DNA of 63,870 nucleotides from Candidatus Moraniibacteriota bacterium (GCA_026396175.1 JAPLXG010000014.1:1-63870); one strand, 5' to 3'; numbered from the stretch's first letter, positions 1 through 9,131 are shown. The notes: a model not told the origin generated them from the letters alone. Made by a program: numbers and translations.

Positions 1-141
1 AGTATATCCGAGAACAAAAAGCCGAAGATGATAAATTTTAACCAAGTTTAATTAACAAACTAAAACGAACGGTTGGGTAGCTCGCCTTTTAGGCGATAAC
101 ACTCATCAAGCCACCGCCTTTGGCGGGGGTGTTCTGACTAT
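1..141. repeat. Left copy of a perfect 141-bp terminal inverted repeat (partner 63730..63870)
   Basis: The reverse complement of 1..141 is identical to 63730..63870. Identity stops at 142/63729. The inner 90 nt are GC-rich with two hairpins. Confidence 0.95.
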
Positions 142-231
142 AGCATTATTCTCTTTTTATTTCAACGCAAAAAAAGCCCCGCAAAAGCGAGACTCTTTTT
201 TATTGAAAATTCTGATCCGCCAGCTGGCGGA

Positions 232-687
232 CTATTTCCCCAACTCTTCCTCAGCAATTTTTTTGACTAAATTACCATCCGCTTGGCCTTTCAATTTTCC
301 CATCGCTGGTCCCATTACTTTTCCAATGTCAGCGAGACTGGTTGCGCCAACTTGCACAATCACCGCTTTCACAGCTTCACGCACAGTCGCTTCGTCTAGC
401 TGCGCCGGCATATACGCCGCGAGAATAGCAACTTCTTGATTTTCTTTTTCCACGAGATCTTGCCGTCCTCCGACAGAATATTGTGCGGCGGCGTCTTTTC
501 GTTGTTTCACGGCCCTGCCAATCACTTCCAATACTTCCTCGTCAGAGAGACCAGTCTCGCGTTTTTGCTTTTCAATCTCGACGTTTTTCACCATCGAATC
601 GAGCATTCGCAATGTATCTCGCCTCAGAGTATCGCCGGCTTTCATCGCCGTTTTGAGATCGTCTAAAATTTGTTTTTTAAGTGACAT
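232..687 (-). CDS. GatB/YqeY domain-containing protein
   Basis: 151-aa ORF. The helical YqeY-like sequence (LKTAMKAGD..LR.L...VKN.EIEK, AYMP.QL) was recognised by eye. Confidence 0.85.
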   Translation of the reverse strand: MSLKKQILDDLKTAMKAGDTLRRDTLRMLDSMVKNVEIEKQKRETGLSDEEVLEVIGRAVKQRKDAAAQYSVGGRQDLVEKENQEVAILAAYMPAQLDEATVREAVKAVIVQVGATSLADIGKVMGPAMGKLKGQADGNLVKKIAEEELGK

Positions 688-699
688 TAGTTTGTGTAT

Positions 700-829
700 C
701 TACTAATTACGTTGCTCTCTACTAATTACGAATCTAGTACGAATATACTAATCGGAAATAGTAAGAAATAATAGCCTAGCAAAGATTTAAATTATTCGTA
801 TATTAGTACAGATTAGTAATTAGTAGAGG
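700..829. mobile_element. MITE-like element, family F (TIR CTCTACTAATTACGAATCTAGTACGAATATACTAAT)
   Basis: Terminal inverted repeats. Related copies at 7711, 10783, 39168 (half) and 53304. It fills the yqeY-rpsU gap. Confidence 0.75.
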
Positions 830-831
830 AA

Positions 832-1086
832 TTACTTGATCAATTTCTTTTTGACGTTTTTGAAATTTTGATCGTCAAATTTGCCCATTTTTTTGAGTTT
901 GTTCACAACTTTGCGCACTTTAACCTTATACATCGCTCCGGCGCGCATTTCGCTTTTACTTTTTTCCTCTTGGCGAAAACGCACTTTTCGGGCACGCATT
1001 AAAACTCCGCTCTGTTGAATGCGACGACTGAAACGTCTAATTAGACTTTCCGGTGACTCACGTTCTTTTCTTTTTACTTCAATCAT
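832..1086 (-). CDS. rpsU: 30S ribosomal protein bS21 with basic C-terminal extension
   Basis: 84 aa and very basic. The N-terminal SLIRRFSRRIQQSGVL.RARK motif resembles bS21. Confidence 0.8.
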   Translation of the reverse strand: MIEVKRKERESPESLIRRFSRRIQQSGVLMRARKVRFRQEEKSKSEMRAGAMYKVKVRKVVNKLKKMGKFDDQNFKNVKKKLIK

Positions 1087-1115
1087 AAAAAACCTCCCTT
1101 CTACAATTAAACTCT

Positions 1116-1279
1116 TGAATTCTAAATTTTCAATTTGCCCTCAAAGGATAAGCTTGGAGCAAAAAATTTAAATTCAAATCTAAATTAATAAATCTTAAAT
1201 TTAATAATTTATGCGCTTAGACTTGCTTTCCTGCCTGCCGGCAGGCAGGTAAATTTCAAATTTAGAATTTTAAATTTTC
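1116..1279. repeat. AT-rich heptamer-based repeat, family G (AAATTTC/AAATTTT units), with nested palindrome P
   Basis: Shares ends with 33306..33440 and 59738..59858 (..AAATTTCAAATTTAG..). Lies between rpsU and the HIT gene. Confidence 0.6.
1230..1249. repeat. Palindrome P (CCTGCCTGCCGGCAGGCAGG)
   Basis: Perfect 20-nt palindrome. Related copies at 7759, 30959, 37690, 40938, 50794 and 62095. Confidence 0.9.
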
Positions 1280-1280
1280 C

Positions 1281-1637
1281 CTACATATCTTCCCACGGCC
1301 GGATGTTCTCATAGAGCTTCACTCCGCCAATCAGGTGCATATGTAGGTGAGAAACCTCTTGTCCGCCCCATTCACCGACTCGAGTTAGTAGTTTATACCC
1401 TTTTGGCGAAATGTCAAAGTCAACGGCGATTTTCTTGGCGACAAGCACCATTTTGCCCACCAGGTCAATATCCTTCTCCGTCAGGTCGTTGAGACTCTCA
1501 ATATGCTTTTTAGGAATAATCAGAATGTGCACAGGAGCGAGTGGCCGTACGTCTTTGAAGGCCAAAATATCTTCGTCTTCATAGACAACCGCGGCCGGGA
1601 GTTCTTTGTTGATGATTTTGCAAAATACACATTCCAT
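1281..1637 (-). CDS. HIT-family (histidine triad) nucleotide hydrolase
   Basis: 118 aa with the histidine triad HLHMHLIGG and an N-terminal CVFCKI motif. Confidence 0.9.
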   Translation of the reverse strand: MECVFCKIINKELPAAVVYEDEDILAFKDVRPLAPVHILIIPKKHIESLNDLTEKDIDLVGKMVLVAKKIAVDFDISPKGYKLLTRVGEWGGQEVSHLHMHLIGGVKLYENIRPWEDM

Positions 1638-1705
1638 ATTTTTCCCTCGTCACGCCAAAGCTTCAACGGAAGCAAAGGCGGATTATTTATTAGGTTTTTT
1701 ATATT

Positions 1706-3097
1706 TTAGATAACAGGTTCCTCATGCTCATGATTATGATAAATAACCACATTATCCGTTTTTAATTTTTTCTTGATTATATCCACCAGTTTTTCCATAC
1801 TGACTGTTTCTTGCACACCAGTCGTCATATTTTTGATAATCACAGTACCGTCCAGTGTTTCTTTTTGTCCCAAAATCAAAGTCAACTCCACTCCGAGACG
1901 ATTGGCAATTTTCAGTTGTGATTTCAAACTTCCGCGGCCAAAACTTTCCGCAGTGAGAATTCCATTTTTTTCCAATTCAGAAAACAAGCGCAAACTTTTC
2001 TTCTTGGCCAGTCCCCCGAGTTGCGCCAAAAATACACGCGGCTTCATCGGTTTATAGGATTTGGCTTGTACGCGTTTCATTTCCAGTATCATCCGCTCAA
2101 AGCCGATAGCAAAACCGATTGCCGGCGTATCTTCTCCGCCCATCATTTTGATCAGCCGATCATAGCGTCCACCGCCACCGAGAGATGCTTTCTTGCCTTC
2201 TTCGGAGCCGGACCAAATTTCAAACACTGTCTTGGTGTAGTAATCTAAACCGCGAACAAGACGAGGATTGATGGTGTATGGCAAGTCCAACTCGTCCAAA
2301 TATTCCAAAAGCATTTTGAAATGCACGCGACAATCCTCACAAAGATGATCAACCGCCTGAGGAGCTGTCGCCGCAACCTGAGCACACTTATCTTCTTTGC
2401 AATCCAAGACGCGCATTGGATTCATTTCCAATCGCCTTTTGCAATCCTGACACAACTTGGTTTTTTTCGATTCCAAATAATTTACCAATAAATTATTGTA
2501 ATCCTTTTTGCAAACTCCGCAACCAATTGAATTAACCTGAATTTGAATTGATTTTAAGCCCAAGCAAGACGTCAAACGATGCGCCATTTGAATCATCTGC
2601 GCGTCCAAAATTGGATCATCTTCTCCAAATGCATCAAAATTAGCTTGGTAGTGTTCGCGATAGCGCCCTTCTTGCGGACGATCATAGCGATAGACCGGTC
2701 CGATGGAAAAAAGCTTCACCGGTTTTGCCAGAGTGTGCATGCCATGCTGAATAAAACTGCGACAGATTCCTGCGGTCAGCTCGGGTCGAAGCGCTACTTT
2801 GTCACCACCACGCGTAGTAAACGTGTACATTTCTTTTTCCACAATATCCGTGCCGGTTCCAATATTTCTCGTGAACAGATTGGCAAATTCCAAAAGTGGA
2901 ACATCAATGCGAGAATATCCATAGTCTCGCGCCAATCTTTCCGACACTCTTCTTGTCTGCTCCCAATAGGCCTGATCTTCCGGCAAAATATCTTTCATCC
3001 CGCGCAAGGTCTGCAAAACCAATGGTTCATCTTGGGGTTTTTCTAGCTTTATTTTCTTGACCGCTTTTTTGACTGCAATCTTTTTGACTTTAAGCAT
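1706..3097 (-). CDS. hisS: Histidine--tRNA ligase
   Basis: 463 aa with class II HisRS motifs (RGMKDILP, LRPELT, GGGGRYD) and an anticodon-binding C-terminus. Confidence 0.95.
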   Translation of the reverse strand: MLKVKKIAVKKAVKKIKLEKPQDEPLVLQTLRGMKDILPEDQAYWEQTRRVSERLARDYGYSRIDVPLLEFANLFTRNIGTGTDIVEKEMYTFTTRGGDKVALRPELTAGICRSFIQHGMHTLAKPVKLFSIGPVYRYDRPQEGRYREHYQANFDAFGEDDPILDAQMIQMAHRLTSCLGLKSIQIQVNSIGCGVCKKDYNNLLVNYLESKKTKLCQDCKRRLEMNPMRVLDCKEDKCAQVAATAPQAVDHLCEDCRVHFKMLLEYLDELDLPYTINPRLVRGLDYYTKTVFEIWSGSEEGKKASLGGGGRYDRLIKMMGGEDTPAIGFAIGFERMILEMKRVQAKSYKPMKPRVFLAQLGGLAKKKSLRLFSELEKNGILTAESFGRGSLKSQLKIANRLGVELTLILGQKETLDGTVIIKNMTTGVQETVSMEKLVDIIKKKLKTDNVVIYHNHEHEEPVI

Positions 3098-3120
3098 AGG
3101 AAATGAAAATAAAAAAATTA

Positions 3121-3166
3121 GTTATTTGCTTCGCGAACCCCGCCGCGGCGGGGACATACAAATATT
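3121..3166 (-). repeat. Family C element (ATTCGxATGTCCCC-hairpin-GGGGTTCGCGAAGCxAATAAC), oriented toward the hisS start
   Basis: Shared consensus with 6 other copies. Lies 23 nt upstream of the hisS ATG on the minus strand. Confidence 0.8.
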
Positions 3167-3196
3167 AGTATTTTTTGAAAAGATTATGCAAAAAAT

Positions 3197-3841
3197 TTAA
3201 AACACTGAAATTTCGTTGAGTGGCCAGGCGCGGAACAGTACTTCGCCAATAATGTCACTGCCGGGAACAACCCCCCAAACTCTCGAGTCTGAACTAAATG
3301 GCCGATTGTCTCCCATCACAAAATATTCATTATCCTTAAGGATTACTGTCAAATCTCCCGCCGTTTTCACTCCGCTTCCAAGGTAAGCACTTTCATCAGG
3401 AGAAAAACCGTCCGGATGTTCTTTATTGAAAATTTTGTAACCCCCATCTTTTATCTCGATGCGCTCGCCAGGGAGAGCAATGATTCTTTTGATGAAAAAT
3501 TTGCTCGTGTCTCTGGGATAACGGAAAACGATCACCTTTTGTCTTGGGATTTCACGAAAAGCCCCGACGGAAAAAAACTTGATATCATTAAAACCAACCG
3601 TTGTTTGCTTGAAACCAAGTTCATTGACAATCAGATATTGGCCGTTTTCAAAATTCGGTTCCATCGAAGCGCCTTGGACAAAAAACGGCTGAAAAAGAAA
3701 AACGCGAATCGGCACAATAATCACAAAAGCCAAAAAAATAATCTTAATTATTTCAAGGACAAATCCTCCAACGCCGACATAAGCTTCTTGTGGAGTTGTT
3801 TTTGTCTTGTGGCAATTTTCTTTCATATCCTCATTCTTCAT
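3197..3841 (-). CDS. lepB: Signal peptidase I
   Basis: 214 aa with an N-terminal TM segment, a GASMEPN Ser box and a GDNRPFSSDSR box. Confidence 0.9.
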   Translation of the reverse strand: MKNEDMKENCHKTKTTPQEAYVGVGGFVLEIIKIIFLAFVIIVPIRVFLFQPFFVQGASMEPNFENGQYLIVNELGFKQTTVGFNDIKFFSVGAFREIPRQKVIVFRYPRDTSKFFIKRIIALPGERIEIKDGGYKIFNKEHPDGFSPDESAYLGSGVKTAGDLTVILKDNEYFVMGDNRPFSSDSRVWGVVPGSDIIGEVLFRAWPLNEISVF

Positions 3842-3850
3842 AAAAAATAT

Positions 3851-3909
3851 GTTATTCGCTTCGCTGTTATTCGCTTTGCGAACCCCGCCGTGGTGGGGAC
3901 ATCCGAATT
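3851..3909 (-). repeat. Family C element (partly duplicated arm), oriented toward the lepB start
   Basis: GTTATTCGCTTCGCTGTTATTCGCTTTGCGAACCCCGCCGTGGTGGGGACATCCGAAT, 9 nt from the lepB ATG. Confidence 0.8.
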
Positions 3910-4065
3910 AGTGCTTTTTTAAACCTATATACGACCTGAACAGTTTTAAGCATAGCAGAAAATTATCCATTTGGCAAGGTCTATTTTTCCTTTCATAGAG
4001 CCATAATTTGACGACAACGGATTATCGGAGTATGATTAAATAAACTCTTTTACGCCCACTCAATA

Positions 4066-5538
4066 ATGCAAACAAAAAAAATACTGATAAAAATAATTCT
4101 TTGGTTGATCATTCTTATTTTGCTCGGCGCAATTGCTTATGGCGCTTTTTTTCTATATAAATTAAATTCGCTGAACAATAAAATCAGCGTCTCTCAAAAA
4201 TCAGAGAACATCCTTGACACAATCGCTTCAGTTGCCCAAATCGGCAAAAAAAATCCCTTAGACCTGAAAAATACAGACGGCAGAATCAATGTTTTGCTCT
4301 TGGGCGTGGCCGGAAAAGGCAAACCTGGGCAAAATTTGACTGACACCATTATGATTGCCAGCCTCAATCGGAAGACCAACCAGGTCGCCCTCCTTTCTCT
4401 TCCTCGCGATCTTTTTGTTAGCGTACCGGATTCCAACTGGCAAACAAAAATCAACGCCGTCTATCAATTTGGCCTCAATAACGCCAAAAGTGAAAGTGAA
4501 GCGATTAATCCGCTCCTTAGCACGATAAAAAATATCACCACGCTCGACATTCACTACTACGCCGTACTTAATTTTGATGGATTCACTAAGGTGATCGATG
4601 CCGTCGGTGGAGTAAATATTACCAACGCCCGAGATCTTTTTGACGCTCGCTACCCCGGACCAAATTACAGCTATGAAACTTTTGATCTCAAAAAAGGCTT
4701 TCAACATTTGAATGGCGACCTCGCCTTGAAATATGCCCGCGAACGCCACGATGATCCAGAAGGAGATTTTGGTCGCGCCAAAAGACAACAAGAAATAATC
4801 CAAGCAACAAAAAATAAAGTTTTTTCCACTGGTACTTTGTTTAATATTGTTTCGATCAATAATCTTTTCAATGCTCTCGGGGATAATGTCAAAACAAACA
4901 TAACTTCACGCGAACTGGAAAGTTTTTTTGAACTGAGCACTAAATTAGATACCAACAATATCATAAACTCGACCGTCGACGCTTGGAACAAAGATAGTTT
5001 GCTCAAAGTTTCCCATGTTTTTTATGGCGACACGCCGGCCTTCATCCTCATTCCGCGCGTCGGAAACTACAGCGAAATTCAAGACTTGGCGCAAAATATT
5101 TTTGACCTCAACATCCTCAAAAGACGCCGCGACGAAATCGCGAATGAAAACGCCTCAGTTGCGCTGATTAATAAAAGCGGCGATAATAGTATTGTCAGCA
5201 AAATTCAAAAATTGCTCAGTGAAAATTTGGTCTATAAAAACGTATCCGTCATCAACGACCCCGGAAAGGACTTGGAACCAGTAACTAATGTTTATGATTC
5301 TAATTCAGGCGTAAAACCTTTCACACTTGATGAAATCGCCACGCGCCTTCCGGCCAAGGTTTCCTACTCTGTGCCGGATAAATATACGCGGATAACTGCT
5401 CAAAAATCGCCAGATATTGTGGTCGTGATTGGCAAGGATTTGATTGATAAATATGCGATGCCAGAAGACTCAATTGATGATTTCAAGAAAGCTCAAGATG
5501 ACCAAGATTATTTGAAAATGCAAGATAAATCTAATTAA
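4066..5538 (+). CDS. LCP (LytR-CpsA-Psr) family cell-envelope phosphotransferase
   Basis: 490 aa with an N-terminal TM segment. LCP core motifs: NVLLLGV, TDTIMIASL, LSLPRDL, RER.....GDFGR..RQQ. Confidence 0.85.
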   Translation: MQTKKILIKIILWLIILILLGAIAYGAFFLYKLNSLNNKISVSQKSENILDTIASVAQIGKKNPLDLKNTDGRINVLLLGVAGKGKPGQNLTDTIMIASLNRKTNQVALLSLPRDLFVSVPDSNWQTKINAVYQFGLNNAKSESEAINPLLSTIKNITTLDIHYYAVLNFDGFTKVIDAVGGVNITNARDLFDARYPGPNYSYETFDLKKGFQHLNGDLALKYARERHDDPEGDFGRAKRQQEIIQATKNKVFSTGTLFNIVSINNLFNALGDNVKTNITSRELESFFELSTKLDTNNIINSTVDAWNKDSLLKVSHVFYGDTPAFILIPRVGNYSEIQDLAQNIFDLNILKRRRDEIANENASVALINKSGDNSIVSKIQKLLSENLVYKNVSVINDPGKDLEPVTNVYDSNSGVKPFTLDEIATRLPAKVSYSVPDKYTRITAQKSPDIVVVIGKDLIDKYAMPEDSIDDFKKAQDDQDYLKMQDKSN

Positions 5539-5566
5539 ACTAAAGCTTACACGCCTAAATTAAATC

Positions 5567-5705
5567 TGTCATCCTGAGCGGAGTCTGTACCCAGACGCAG
5601 TCGAAGGATCTACTAGCCGTAACCCAGTGCTTTCTATTTAATAGTATGATCTACGATAATGGAAAGCAGATCCTTCGACTTCGCTCCGCTCCGCTCAGGA
5701 TGACA
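5567..5705. mobile_element. MITE-like element, family A (TIR TGTCATCCTGAGCGG)
   Basis: Terminal inverted repeat TGTCATCCTGAGCGG..CCGCTCAGGATGACA with an internal GTCGAAGGATC/GATCCTTCGAC pair. Copies at 14080 and 24795. Confidence 0.85.
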
Positions 5706-5757
5706 TGGTTTGGTTGTTTTTAAGACAAACGCATAAGTCTTATAATTTTTAAATTTT

Positions 5758-6303
5758 ATGAAACTAATCATCGGCCTGGGAAATCCCGGTCAAAAATACG
5801 AAAGCACTCGGCACAATCTCGGCTTCATCTTCTTGGATAAATTACAAGGGATTTGGTCTTTGCCTGAATTTAAACTAGAAAAAAAATTTACGGCGCAAAT
5901 TTCGCATGGTGAACTGAATAATCAAAAAATCATCCTCGCCAAGCCGCAAAATTTTATGAATCTCTCCGGTGAAGCGGTGCAAAAAATTCTCGCTTTCTAT
6001 AAACTCGACGCCAAAGATTTATTGATCATCCACGATGATATTGACATAGTTTGCGGGAAATATAAGCTGGCCACAGATTCGACTTCCGCCGGACACAATG
6101 GCGTGCAAAACATCATCGACACGCTGGGCACAAAAAAATTCGCTCGCTTGCGAATTGGGATTAAAAATGAATTGACCGATAGCACCACAACTCAGCTGGA
6201 AGTTAGTGATTTTGTTTTGGGAAAATTATCCCCTGAAGAGCTGGAAAAAATCGCAGCAATCGAAAAAGGCATCATTGAAGAAATAGAAAAAATTATTGCT
6301 TAA
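5758..6303 (+). CDS. pth: Peptidyl-tRNA hydrolase
   Basis: 181 aa. N-terminal LIIGLGNPG.KY..TRHN.GF signature. Confidence 0.95.
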   Translation: MKLIIGLGNPGQKYESTRHNLGFIFLDKLQGIWSLPEFKLEKKFTAQISHGELNNQKIILAKPQNFMNLSGEAVQKILAFYKLDAKDLLIIHDDIDIVCGKYKLATDSTSAGHNGVQNIIDTLGTKKFARLRIGIKNELTDSTTTQLEVSDFVLGKLSPEELEKIAAIEKGIIEEIEKIIA

Positions 6304-6606
6304 ATTAAAAGTTGTCTTTCAAAGTTTCGCACGTAAGGTAATATCTTTTCGAGAATTATCCCAAAAAAATAAGTTTGACTTACCGGCGAAAACTAAGGAG
6401 GGTGTTTTCGCTTTCAAACTTACGCACGAAACCCTGAAAAACAATCAAATTTTCAAAAATAATACTAACTTTAAAGTATAGCACTAAACGAGCTTTTTGT
6501 CAATAAGGCAGGCTTGATGGAAAACGACAAAACGAGGTAAACGGGGAATTCAAAAAACGGGTCGACACAAATTCATGTCTTCCCGTTTTTTTCCAAGTTT
6601 ACAACT

Positions 6607-6873
6607 TCACTGTCGACGACGACCATCGCCCCTACGATACTCAGCGGAAAGCTGAGAAAAACCTTTTGATCTAGACGCAAAACCCATCTCCCCGCACGCA
6701 GTGTGGGTACTTATTGCCGCCATCTTGACATTAAGCTCTCCCGCGCCTTCACGCGTCGGAACCAGTTCTCTTTCCTTATCAGGAATTGTTTCCTCCGCTG
6801 AGGGTCGCTCATCAACCACGATCTTGCTTGGTTTTGGTTTTTTTAAAACCCTTCTTGCAAAAAAATTGTTCAT
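6607..6873 (-). CDS. Hypothetical small protein (88 aa), SD-led
   Basis: The track ORF was trimmed to the ATG preceded by GGAGGAGGGACT. The 5' context is shared with the gene at 12556. No recognisable domain. Confidence 0.5.
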   Translation of the reverse strand: MNNFFARRVLKKPKPSKIVVDERPSAEETIPDKERELVPTREGAGELNVKMAAISTHTACGEMGFASRSKGFSQLSAEYRRGDGRRRQ

Positions 6874-7028
6874 AGTCCCTCCTCCACATATTAAAAGTTT
6901 TTGCAAACTCATATTGACGACAAGTCACCAGTTCAATGCCAAAAGAAATTTGATACTAAATAAGTAGCCTGTCGAGCCTAAAGAACTACTCCAAAATTAA
7001 CATGCCTGCACGCTTTAGTCAAACAAAA

Positions 7029-7053
7029 AGAAACAGGCCCATGACCTGTTTCT
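7029..7053 (-). terminator. Intrinsic terminator downstream of the P-loop kinase gene
   Basis: AGAAACAGG-CCCATGA-CCTGTTTCT hairpin followed by a T-run on the minus strand. Confidence 0.65.
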
Positions 7054-7142
7054 AAAAAAATACAAAATATTCGTCAGCATTTTTCGTTTCCCTCTTGTCA
7101 GCTCATTTCTTCTAATTTAAACCTGACGAAGGATAGCCGCAA

Positions 7143-7706
7143 TTACCCTAGAATCTTCTCCATCATCTCATCCGTTTGTTTTTTTAGTTCTTCAGCTGTG
7201 CCGTTGTTATTCATTTTGAATTCCGCATGCCGACCGATTTCATGGATGGAAATTTCGGTCAGCTTGCCTTCTTCTTCTAGGAATTGCTCTAATGTCGCTT
7301 CGTCTTCACCAGCCTTTTCCTTGCGTGCCTTGGTCCGTTCATAGCGTAATTTCAAATTAGCTGTCACATAAACAAGATAGAAATTTTCGCGATATTTTTT
7401 TTGAAATGGCTCAACGTCACCGTGCATCCTGATTCCATCCGCGATGATAATGTTCGCGTCGCTCTTTTCCATATCCTGGATCAAAGAATCAATGATGACC
7501 GATGACCCATAGCCTTCCTTAAGCACAAGCGCTAATTTGATCAGATTATCCCGCGTCACCGGCAGATGTAGATCTTCCAATGTGCGGCGCAAAATTTTGG
7601 AAGTTCCAAAATGTACCGCGCCATATTTTTCCAATAAATAATCCGCGACTGTTCCCTTGCCCGCACCCTTTTCGCCAATTAGACCAATGATTACTTTTCT
7701 TTCCAT
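7143..7706 (-). CDS. P-loop nucleotide/nucleoside kinase-like protein
   Basis: 187 aa. Walker A IGLIGEKGAGKGT at the N-terminus. Size and layout resemble dNMP/adenylate-type kinases. Confidence 0.65.
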   Translation of the reverse strand: MERKVIIGLIGEKGAGKGTVADYLLEKYGAVHFGTSKILRRTLEDLHLPVTRDNLIKLALVLKEGYGSSVIIDSLIQDMEKSDANIIIADGIRMHGDVEPFQKKYRENFYLVYVTANLKLRYERTKARKEKAGEDEATLEQFLEEEGKLTEISIHEIGRHAEFKMNNNGTAEELKKQTDEMMEKILG

Positions 7707-7710
7707 AGTA

Positions 7711-7853
7711 ACTACAAAATTACGAATTATTACTTAACTACAAAAGTACGAATCATTACCTGCCTCTACCGGCAGGCAGGCAAAACTACAAAAAACGGAA
7801 ACGCCAAACTATTCGTACTTTTGTATTTTTGTACTTTATTTGTATTTTCGTAG
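7711..7853. mobile_element. MITE-like element, family F variant, with nested palindrome P (7759..7780)
   Basis: Arms ACTACAAAAGTACGAAT / ATTCGTACTTTTGTA. The centre carries CCTGCCTCTACCGGCAGGCAGG. It fills the gap between the kinase-like gene and rplA. Confidence 0.7.
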
Positions 7854-8561
7854 TTAAGTTGTTATTTTGAAACCAACTCCCATTGTTGAGCAAAGCGAAA
7901 TATTGCGCACTAATTTTCCCTTGAGACTGGCTGGTTTCATCTTGTCCACGCTTTCCAAGAAGGCTTTGATATTTTCCACCAATTTTTCGTCAGTGAAAGA
8001 AAGTTTTCCCACCACCTGATGAATGTTGCCAGAGTTATCCGTTTTATAGGCGGCGCGACCTTTTTTGAGCGCGTCCACGGTTTCCTTGATTTTAGTTGTC
8101 ACTGTTTCTGTTTTTGGGTTTGGCATAAGTCCTTTCGGTCCCAAAATTTTTGCCACCACGGCCAATTTTGGCATCATCTCAGGAGTTGCTACGAGAACAT
8201 CAAAGCCACCATCTTCAGAAAAGATTTTTCCGCTTTTGATTCTTTCGATCAGCTCCTCTCCACCCACAATTTCCGCGCCGGCTTTTTTCGCGTCATCAAG
8301 ACTGGTGGAAGTAATAACTGCTACACGTTTATTTTTTCCAGTTCCGTGCGGCAAAGAAACCGCTGAGCGAATTTGTTGATCAGTTTTTTTCGGATCAATT
8401 CCGGTTTTGATATGCACCTCAACTGATTCGTCAAATTTAGCAATCTTATTATCGCGCACAAGTTGCAGCGCCTCTTCCAAAGAATAACTTTTTTCGCGAT
8501 CTAACTTCTCCGCCACTGCCCGATACTTTTTTCCGTGTGTCATATGATTTTTGTGGTTCAA
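7854..8561 (-). CDS. rplA: 50S ribosomal protein uL1
   Basis: 235 aa with a typical uL1 sequence (GTGK..RVAV, LMP.PK.GTVT). The start is uncertain: TTG at 8561, or the ATG of MTHGKKY. Confidence 0.93.
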   Translation of the reverse strand: MNHKNHMTHGKKYRAVAEKLDREKSYSLEEALQLVRDNKIAKFDESVEVHIKTGIDPKKTDQQIRSAVSLPHGTGKNKRVAVITSTSLDDAKKAGAEIVGGEELIERIKSGKIFSEDGGFDVLVATPEMMPKLAVVAKILGPKGLMPNPKTETVTTKIKETVDALKKGRAAYKTDNSGNIHQVVGKLSFTDEKLVENIKAFLESVDKMKPASLKGKLVRNISLCSTMGVGFKITT

Positions 8562-8662
8562 GCGACTTTTCAGTCTCCCACTGATTAAATATTAATAAAT
8601 TAAAAAAATAATTTTATAGTTTGTGGTGGAAAGCTTTTTTCAAGCAACTTCCACCCCTATTT

Positions 8663-8785
8663 TTAATCCCCCCAGAAGTCATGATCAACTTCTTTGCTAA
8701 AAAAAGCGGGCTTCTTTTTGATGACAACGATAATCCCGCTTGCAACAATAGCCGCTACCACAAGGATTAACCATAACCGCCGCAT
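8663..8785 (-). CDS. Hypothetical 40-aa single-TM peptide (not in the ORF track)
   Basis: Hand-translated as MRRLWLILVVAAIVASGIIVVIKKKPAFFSKEVDHDFWGD. SD AAAGGAGGGG lies upstream. Confidence 0.5.
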   Translation of the reverse strand: MRRLWLILVVAAIVASGIIVVIKKKPAFFSKEVDHDFWGD

Positions 8786-8802
8786 GTTGCCCCTCCTTTC
8801 AA

Positions 8803-9093
8803 TTAGTCGTCATCTTTGTCTTTAACGTTATCAGAGCACTCCCCCATCCAATCACAATCTTCTTCGCAATGATGAATAGAAGTAGCAAGGCTTTTTATGC
8901 TTACAACAGCCCCAATTACAAGAAAGACTGTTGCCACCAAAAGCGCGATGACGTAATTTGCGATATTTTCACCCTGTAACCAGTTCACCACTATATGCTC
9001 GCGGCAATAAATGATTACCCCCAATCCCAGCAAGAGCAAAACTCCAAGACCTATAAAGCGTGGTTTCATCTTATTGTGCTTTTTGCCTGACAT
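8803..9093 (-). CDS. Hypothetical 96-aa two-TM protein with acidic Cys/His-rich tail
   Basis: SD AAGGAGGG 4 nt upstream. Two hydrophobic segments. The tail contains HHCEEDCDWMGEC. Confidence 0.6.
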   Translation of the reverse strand: MSGKKHNKMKPRFIGLGVLLLLGLGVIIYCREHIVVNWLQGENIANYVIALLVATVFLVIGAVVSIKSLATSIHHCEEDCDWMGECSDNVKDKDDD

Positions 9094-9131
9094 ACGCCCT
9101 CCTTGTTTTTGCCTAATTACATTTTTTTACC

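Noticed and set aside
203-666. Plus-strand ORFs (203..439, 436..666) overlapping yqeY, and many similar antisense or out-of-frame ORFs in the track, for example 1503..1709, 2579..3046, 4258..4803, 8019..8379, 10009..10515, 21566..21964, 27392..27880, 36671..37278, 39844..40506 and 44846..45193.
   Set aside because: They lie entirely inside well-supported genes on the other strand or frame. They have low-complexity or implausible composition and no start-site signals, so they are shadow ORFs.
6296-6481. A 61-aa ORF downstream of pth.
   Set aside because: It overlaps an imperfect inverted repeat (..GTTTCGCACGTAAGG / ..CTTACGCACGAAAC) resembling a degenerate family E element. It has no SD or promoter and has low-complexity composition.
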